Shown here one piece after another: positions 30,762 to 37,334 of a stretch of 37,334 nucleotides of DNA. The notes beneath the pieces are model-generated. The model made no database searches. It worked only from the letters and a program-made list of their open reading frames with translations, and had not been told where the DNA came from. Source of the DNA: an uncultured Acidobacteriota bacterium (GTDB lineage: Bacteria > Acidobacteriota > Thermoanaerobaculia > UBA5066 > DATFVB01). Positions within the stretch are counted from its first letter, which is position 1; the number at the start of each line of letters is the position of its first letter. A program made the position numbers and the translations under genes. The DNA lies in contig CAWEYG010000019.1 of the NCBI GenBank assembly GCA_963813155.1, positions 1 to 37,334 on the forward strand, read 5' to 3'.

Positions 30762-31559
30762 CCGGTGATCTCCACGTGCTCGAGACGGTCGAGGGGACGG
30801 CCGAGAAACCTCTCCGCGACGAGCCGAAACCTTTCCGCGCTGTCGGTCACGCAGACATGGTATTCCGAATCGGCCTCGTTTCGATGTGCCGGCGTCAACA
30901 GCGCGCCGACCGCCTCGCAGACGGCCTCCGCCGAGTCGACGAGCGCGACACCGGGCAGCGTCGCCGCGATCGTCGCCTTCAGCAGCGGGTAGTGCGTGCA
31001 GCCGAGCACGAGCGTGTCGATCTGCGGATCCGTCGCGAACAGCGGCGAGGTAGCGCGGCGCGACCAGCTCGGCGATGTCGTCGTCGATCCAGCCCTCTTC
31101 GGCGAGCGGCACGAACAGCGGGCACGCGCGCGATGATCGACCTCGCGCCGGGATCGCGCGCCGCGATCGCCTCGCGTACGCGCCCGAGCGCACCGTGCCA
31201 GCGTGCCGATCACGCCGATAGCCGCCGTGCTCGGTCGCGGCGCGCGCGCGTCGCGCGCGCCGGGCTCGACCGCGCCGATCGACCGGCACCGGGCTCGCGC
31301 TCGTCGAGCGCCGGCAGCGCGTTCGCCGAGGCCGTGTTGCAGGCGATCGACGAGCTTGACGTCGCGCGACGAGCAGGAACTGCTGGCAGCCGAGCGAGTA
31401 CCGCTCGACCGTCCGCGGGCTCTTGTTCCCGTACGGCACGCGCGCCGTGTCACCGAGGTAGAGGAACGACTCGCGCGGAAATTCCTCGGCGAGCTTCCGG
31501 ACGACCGTGAGGCCGCCGACGCCCGAATCGAAGACTCCGATCGGTCTCGAGTCGCTCAT
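30758..31559 (-). CDS. murI: Glutamate racemase, with many indels
   Basis: [41 protein letters not shown]. Confidence 0.93.
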
Positions 31560-32215
31560 GGCGTCGCCGGTGGCGGTGCCGGTGCTGGTACGGGCGCCGG
31601 CGCCGGCACCGCGCCCACGACGTCGGGCATCGCCGGGAGCGGCCGGCTCACGTCGACGTGCCCGGCGAGCGTCTCGACCGGGTTGCCGTTGACGAGGATG
31701 CGGACGCGGTCCGTCTGGGCGAGGTTCTGCAGAAGCGTGTCGACGATCGCGCCGACGGCCGCGAGCTCGTCGCTCGAGCCGGCCGACCGGGCCCATTCCG
31801 AATCGACGTTGAAGTCGACGACAACCTGCCCGTTTCCGGGCACGAAGACGTTGCGAACGGAAAACTTCTCCGGCAGCGCGGTCACGAGCAGCGGATTTTT
31901 CGGGCCCGAGATCTCCTCCCGCATGAGCTCGCGGGCGAACCCGACCGCGTCGGCGGGCTTCTCCACGTCGCGCTCCTCCGGGCGAAGCAGGCCGTCTTCG
32001 CGCAGCGGAAAGAAAAGCGTGACGCGGATCTTCTCCGCGGGCGGGGGAGTCGGGCTGCCGGGCCCGAGTTTCAGCGGGGCCGATTCCCGCGGCCGGACGA
32101 CCGGGCCTTCGCCCCGCCGCAGGCGAATCGAGCCCTCCCTCTTCGCGACCGCGAAGAGGAGAAAGACCGCGGCGGAGGCCGCGGCGATCACGCCCCAGGC
32201 CATTTTCTTCGTCAC
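31556..32215 (-). CDS. GerMN domain protein
   Basis: N-terminal TM; VTLFF, IVDTL..., VRILVNG...[12 protein letters not shown]; located between the amidase and murI. Confidence 0.88.
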   Translation of the reverse strand: MTKKMAWGVIAAASAAVFLLFAVAKREGSIRLRRGEGPVVRPRESAPLKLGPGSPTPPPAEKIRVTLFFPLREDGLLRPEERDVEKPADAVGFARELMREEISGPKNPLLVTALPEKFSVRNVFVPGNGQVVVDFNVDSEWARSAGSSDELAAVGAIVDTLLQNLAQTDRVRILVNGNPVETLAGHVDVSRPLPAMPDVVGAVPAPAPVPAPAPPPATP

Positions 32216-33672
32216 GGCGAGGAGGTCGGCGCGGCCGGGTGAACTCTCAGGTACGAGGAAACCGCCCGGGCGATCGCTTCCGCGACGCTCTGGCGAAACT
32301 CCGCCGTCGCGAGCTTCTTCGCTTCTTCCGGGTTCGACAGGAATCCGGCCTCGACGAGGACGGCCGGCATCGAGGCTCCGACGAGAACGCGAAACGGCGC
32401 CTGCTTGATGCCGCGGTTCTCGGTGTGCAGAAGGGCTGTTCAGCTCGTTCTGGATCGATTCGGCGAGCGCGGCCGATTCCTTCAGGTGCGCCGACTGCGC
32501 CATGTCCCACAGGATGAAATCGAGCTCCGGCGGGGCCGCGGACGGCGCCGCCGCCGCCTTTCCGTCGGACGCGTTTTCCTGGTTCGCGACGGCGTCGGCG
32601 AGCTTGTCGGAGCCGGCCAGCGACAGGTAGTACGTCTCCGAGCCGTGCGCTCCCGGTCGCCCTCGACGAGTTCGCGTGGATCGACAGGAAGACGGCCGCC
32701 TTCTCGTGGTTCGCGATCGCGGCCCGCTCGTCCAGCGCAACGAGCGTGTCGCTCGTGCGCGTGAGGACGGAGCGCACGCCGGCTTCCTTCGCGAGGAGTC
32801 GCGGAGAGGCGGCCCGCGATGTCCAGCGTGATGTCCTTCTCGAAGACGTTTCCCGGCCCGATCGCCCCGGTCTCCTCGCCGCCGTGGCCCGCGTCGATCA
32901 CGACCGTGCGCGTCGGCGGCGCGACGTTGGGCGCCGGCAACGGCGCGGCTTTCGTCGCGGCGCCGCGCCTCCGCCTTCGTGATCTCGACGATCACCCGGT
33001 CGGGGGCCTTCAGCGCGTACGGGGAGAACGCGAGGTTCGATTCGCGCAGCGTCAGCATCGCCGCATTGCCGGAGAAGCGGATCTTCGAGACGAACGGGTC
33101 GTCGAACGTCCGTTCGCCGAACGCGGCGACGACGGGCGACTTGAACGTGACCGTGTAGCCGTCCTTCGTGGGAAACGCCTCGAACGGAACGGGAGAGCTC
33201 TCCTGGAAGATGACCTGGGTCATCCGGTTCAGGTGGACGACGCCGGCGTCGACGGTCGCGGCCGCCGCGCTGCCGGTCCGCGTCCGGATGCGACTTTCGC
33301 GGCGCGGTCGTATTCGGCCGCGAGGCCCGCGGCGGAGAGCACCGTCTTCTCGAAGAATTCCCACGGGGCGTAGAGGATTCCGGCGAACACGCGGGTCGGG
33401 TGCGCGAGCATCACGACGCGGTCGTCGAAGGCGACTGTCGCGACTCCGTCCGCCGCGACGATGCGGTGGCCCGACATCTCGACGACGAGCGAGGCGCCGG
33501 GCTGCGGGCGCGACGTCCCCCCGAGCGCGGCGACGACGTCCGGAACGGCGAGGAGCGTCCCGTTTTCCGCGGCCGAAATCGGAACGGCGCGGCCCGCGAC
33601 CGACAGCGTCACCATGGAAGGCTCGGGGGCGACGACCGCGAGCAAAAACGCCAGAATTTGCGCGAGAGGCAC
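32212..33672 (-). CDS. N-acetylmuramoyl-L-alanine amidase (Amidase_3) with N-terminal accessory domains, several indels
   Basis: [18 protein letters not shown]...[30 protein letters not shown]. Confidence 0.9.
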
Positions 33673-33859
33673 AGCGCATTCTAGCGCAGGGCTGCGGGAA
33701 ACTCGCTCGGCCCGGGTCGCGGCGAGCACCGGGCGGGTCTTCGGAGCCTCCCTCGAGGAGACGCAGCGCGCCCGGCGGTGGCATCCTGACCCTGCGCGCT
33801 CCTCGGGCAAATTTTTTCGCGACCTGACGTTTCGCGGACATCAGTGGTGGCCCAGCGAA

Positions 33860-34080
33860 AAAACATACGCTCCTCTCGGGAGGCTCCTGTGACCCGCCTG
33901 GAGCCCCGCGCCGCTCCCGCGCCTTCGCTCGAGGGTTGGGGCCCCAACCCCTGAGCGAGGCGAGGAGCCGCGGGTCGGCTCACGGGTTCGCGAGCGACCC
34001 TTCGAGGAGCGGGCGTCGTTGTCTGCAGCGACCGGATATGGCCGAGCCGCAGTCGGGAACCGCGGATGGCGAGGCCATCA
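33860..34080. repeat. Cluster of nested hairpins (repeat element or ncRNA candidate)
   Basis: Perfect 18-bp palindrome GGGTTGGGGCCCCAACCC (33933-33950) inside an imperfect stem of about 90 nt; further hairpins at 33984-34000, 34015-34032 and 34065-34079. Confidence 0.55.
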
Positions 34081-34174
34081 AAACGCCGCGAGTTTCGCGC
34101 CCGTAGCGAGAAAAGGCGTCGTGAGCGGACCCCGGGGCTCAGCCGCGACAGCGGCGAGCGAACTTTGCGCGGCG

Positions 34175-34183
34175 TGATAAAAT
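34175..34183 (+). promoter_or_regulatory. Extended -10 promoter of ssrA
   Basis: TG-A-TAAAAT, 16 nt upstream of the mature 5' end. Confidence 0.7.
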
Positions 34184-34199
34184 GATCTTCGATCTTTGA

Positions 34200-34558
34200 G
34201 GGGGCGAAACGGTTTCGACGGGGATGCCTGGTCGGAACGTCGCATGCCGAGGTTCACTCGCCTCGTAAAAAAGGGTGAAAAAAATAGTTGCGAACAGCAA
34301 CCTCGCACTGGCTGCCTAATTTAGTTTAGCGTCAGCCACGTCCTTCCCGGAGCGCGCCCGCCGCGCTGGAAAAGGGCGCCGCAAATGTGGGCTCATCCGG
34401 CAGGGTCCCCCGGCCCTGTAGGAGACATCAATTCGGGGTAGGTTCGGCGCGTTTGGTTCCTCTTTGAGCGCCGGATCGAGATCAAAGAGGAACTGAGCAT
34501 GGAGTGGCGCTTCGATTCACTTCTTCGGACGCGGGTTCGACTCCCGCCGCCTCCACCA
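34200..34558 (+). ncRNA. ssrA: tmRNA, tag peptide (A)ANSNLALAA
   Basis: 5' GGGGGCG...TTCGAC; 3' GGTTCGACTCCCGCCGCCTCCACCA; acceptor stem with G3:U; tag ORF 34290-34319 after ATAGTT. Confidence 0.97.
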
Positions 34559-34679
34559 AATTTTGCTCCACTTCATTACGCTGACGCTTCGCGCGTCCTT
34601 CACCGCCCACCCTCGTTCCGAACTCCACCTTCATCCTCCGTACATCTCGGAGTGGACAGAATGGGAGGGTGGTTGGAGA

Positions 34680-35734
34680 GTGAGAACGGCTCGCGTCCTG
34701 CTGACTGCCGCGATCCTCCTCGCGGGGGCCGGGGTCGCCATCCTGCGTCATCGGACACTGCTCGCAGGTCGGGATCAGAAGCGCCTCGCCGCGGCAAGGG
34801 GAGGAGCGGCGAAGTTCGAGCGCCGCCAACTTGTCGCCCGGGAACTTCGCGATGCCGGGCCTGCTGCGCAGCCGCTGGATTTCGCCCTGCAGACTCCGCC
34901 CTCGTCCGTCTTTCTTCCGAATGAAGAGAAACTCCACGCTCTGGCTGCTCCCGGAACGAGAGCCGTGCGCGTGGGCGACAAGGTCATTCAGCTCGTGGAG
35001 CTTCGCGGCTGGCTGCGATTCATCGATTCCGCCTGCAAGACGAGCGACCCCGCCTGGTACTACCTGCTCGAACCGGATCTGGCCTGGAGCGAGACCGTGG
35101 GCTTGCGGCGGAGCGACATCCTGCGGGTCGGCAACATCGCCGGCCTCGGAGATCGCCGCGGGGGAACCTCGCCCTGGCAAATCGAAAGTCGACCTCTCAT
35201 CCGGATCGAATTCGGAGGCTGGGACGAACAGAAGCTTCGGGGTTCGCCGCCCGACGACTGGCGAGCCCGGGGGCTTCGGATGCCCAACGCCTTCTTCGCC
35301 TTCGATCCTCTTCGTCCGGTTCCCCGGCGGACCAGCGGCTCGCCCCGGGTCTCTATATTCGAGTCGTTGGATCGCTCGTTACCGATGCGCCTCACGCCAC
35401 GAAGGCTACCGCCGGGGTGTGGCTCGTTCGAAATTTCGGCGTGGCCGTAGATCCCGAGCACACCATTCATGCCGGCGAGAGCGCATGGAGCGAGGGCGGT
35501 GAGGAAGACGCAAGCAATCCCGCCCGTTGGACGGAGATTCATCCTCCCGACCTGATCGAGCCTCTTCCGACTCGGCAACCGGCGGAAACAGTTCTCGGCG
35601 TGACGGTCCGCCGACCGGATGGTGGCCTTTCCCGATCCGCGGAGCCGATGGAGTTCTCGCTGCGCCCCCGGGGTCGCGCCCGGTCTGGGCTCGAGGCATC
35701 CAAGTGGCGGAAACGATTCTCGATGCCGGCCTAG
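34680..35734 (+). CDS. Membrane-anchored hypothetical protein, frameshifted (end uncertain)
   Basis: GTG plus a signal anchor (VLLTAAILLAGAGVAIL). Continues after a shift near 35330 into YIRVVGSLVTDAPH...WTEIHPP. Confidence 0.5.
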
Positions 35735-36022
35735 GATCGGCGTTCGCGCGCTCTCTGTCGGCGTGCCAGCTCGCGGAATCCAAAAACCCGCTCTATTCGT
35801 ATCGACCTGGAATCCGCCAGCGCAGACAGGTTTGCCGCGATCTTTCGCGTCTCCTGGAGCGCCGAGGGGGATTCGTGGTCGGTCGAGAGGCCGGCAGACG
35901 CCCGGATCCGTCCTCGCATTCGATCCTGCTCGGCCTATGAGCCGTGACTCGCCGCAGATCGCCGCACGATCGCGTCAGGCACATCGTCATCTCCAGTCCC
36001 GCCTCACTCGTCGCGGATCTCC

Positions 36023-37177
36023 ATGCGCGCGGCGAAGCTCCTCTGGGTCCTGCTCGGCATCGCCGCGTCGTCCATGTGCTCGTATCACCGGAACGGCACA
36101 ATCTGTGGCCGGTCTTTCGAAAGGGAGCGCTGGGGTGGTGGGGCCTCGGAATCTCTATGTCGGCCCGGATTACTTTCGTTACAGCCCCGTCTTCGCGACG
36201 CTGCTCGCGCCCTTCGTGGCGCTCCCGGGGTCGCTCGGGAACATTCTCTTCGATGTGGGGGGGCTCGCGCTTCTGTTCCACGCGATCCGCCGGCTCGCGC
36301 GCATCGTGTTTCCGGAACCCGTTCTCAGTCGAAACGAACCGGCCGTGCTCGTCCTGAGCCTGGCGGGCGTCGTTCGCTCCATATGGTCGTCGCAGGCGCA
36401 CATCTGGACCGCGGCGGTCATCTTTCTGGCCGCCGAGCCCGTCGAACGACGGTGGTGGTTAGCCGCATTCCTCTTGCGCTTGCCGTGCACCTGAAGCTCT
36501 CTCCGATCGTTGCTGGCGGGTGTCGTCGCCGTTCTCTGGCCTAGGAGGATGAGTTGGCGATTCGCCATGGCGCTTGGCACGCTGCGCTGTTGCCGTTCTT
36601 TAAGGGGCAACCCGGGGCGGTCATCGCCATGTATCGTGATTGGCAGGCGCGGTTGCAGAAGTTGACGGCCCTTCGATTTCCCGGCGTGCGGGATGTTCGA
36701 TCTCTTCGAATCCTGAAGGTGCCGTTGCCGCTCGCCGCCTATCGCGCCATTCAAGTTCTCGGCGGACTTCTCGTTGTCGCGTGGACGTGGCGGCTGCAAC
36801 GGCGGGAGGTGCCTGCGGAATGGCTGGTCAGCGGCACCTTCGCGGTGACCATCGCCTACATGCTGGCGTTGGGCGGCGGTCGAGTTCGTGCAGTTCCCGC
36901 TTCTCGCTCCGTGGGTCAGCGCGGCGGTGCTCGCGGCAAGGCCGCGATCCCGCGAGCGCTTCGCTCTCGTGGTTGTCTATGGGATGACGATGGTCGCCGG
37001 ATTTGGAGCAGTCGAAGATCCGCTCGGGAGCTGGGTCGGCTCAGGGCCCCGCAATCGTTGATCACGCTGGGCGCGATCGCGTTTGGCGTGTGGGTCGTTT
37101 TGAAATGGAGGCGTGCGGCCCCCTCCCGTGACACGAAGGGCTTCGAAGAAATGGAAAGGGCTTTCGCGAAGACATGA
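36023..37177 (+). CDS. GT87/DUF2029-like (GT-C) membrane glycosyltransferase, multiple frameshifts
   Basis: DYFRYSPVFATLLAPF, SSQAH, RRWWLAAFL, ALAVHLKLSP and many TM segments spread across frames. Confidence 0.65.
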
Positions 37178-37334
37178 AAACGAGGCTCGTGGTCGTCGTC
37201 GTGTTCGCTGTCCTGGCGGGGACATGGGCGTTCCTTCGAACTCGGGAAGCGCCCGTGCCGCGGGAAGGAAACGCGCCCGGCTACGATTGCGACAGATCTT
37301 TCCGTCGTCGCGGGTTGCAGGATGGTGAGAAGAG

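Noticed and set aside
6426-33672. Mass pseudogenisation or programmed frameshifting (fdnG, fdnH, RND, rph, murI, amidase, DUF1015)
   Set aside because: The indels hit normally essential or conserved genes, catalytic motifs are intact and I see no recurring slippery site. Sequencing or consensus error is the simplest explanation.
30024-33841. Apparent amidase-GerMN and murI-rph fusion ORFs
   Set aside because: Off-frame read-through caused by indels. Normal overlapping stop/start junctions are visible at 32212-32215, 31556-31559 and 30758-30761.
34528-34558. tRNA-like T-arm and CCA end
   Set aside because: It is the 3' end of the tmRNA, not a separate tRNA.
34607-34672. CCACCCTC/GAGGGTGG pairing upstream of the 34680 start
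   Set aside because: Only 8 bp across a 50-nt loop; too weak to call a regulatory RNA.
1-37334. CRISPR array, integrase, transposase, defence or phage genes
   Set aside because: No regularly spaced repeats or recognisable motifs found by eye.

Overview
GC-rich bacterial chromosomal segment, plausibly Acidobacteriota (inferred from the tmRNA tag ANSNLALAA, the kinase architecture and gene content; not verified). Left to right: a membrane Ser/Thr kinase fused to FGE-like and alpha/beta-hydrolase domains; moaA and a small coupled ORF; a minus-strand Fdh-N/O-type formate dehydrogenase cluster (fdhD, fdnG with an in-frame Sec UGA and SECIS, fdnH, fdnI, fdhE) followed by a degenerate hemerythrin-like gene; two tiny unknown genes; a stand-alone receiver behind a sigma54-type promoter; a TolC/MFP/CusA-like RND system; GNAT; FKBP and DUF1573-like genes; mpl; an FN3 lipoprotein; dedA; polA; a tandem TonB_C protein; a 4-His membrane protein; an amidase-GerMN-murI-rph-O-methyltransferase-DUF1015 operon; a highly structured intergenic region; tmRNA; and two broken accessory genes. 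Many genes carry indels, which look like long-read or polishing errors rather than true pseudogenes. I found no CRISPR array, integrase, transposase or clear novel multi-gene system. The best leads are the repeated leaderless promoter architecture, the Sec/SECIS signal, the structured region upstream of ssrA, the 4-His membrane protein, several small unknown genes and a duplicated FKBP 3' end.
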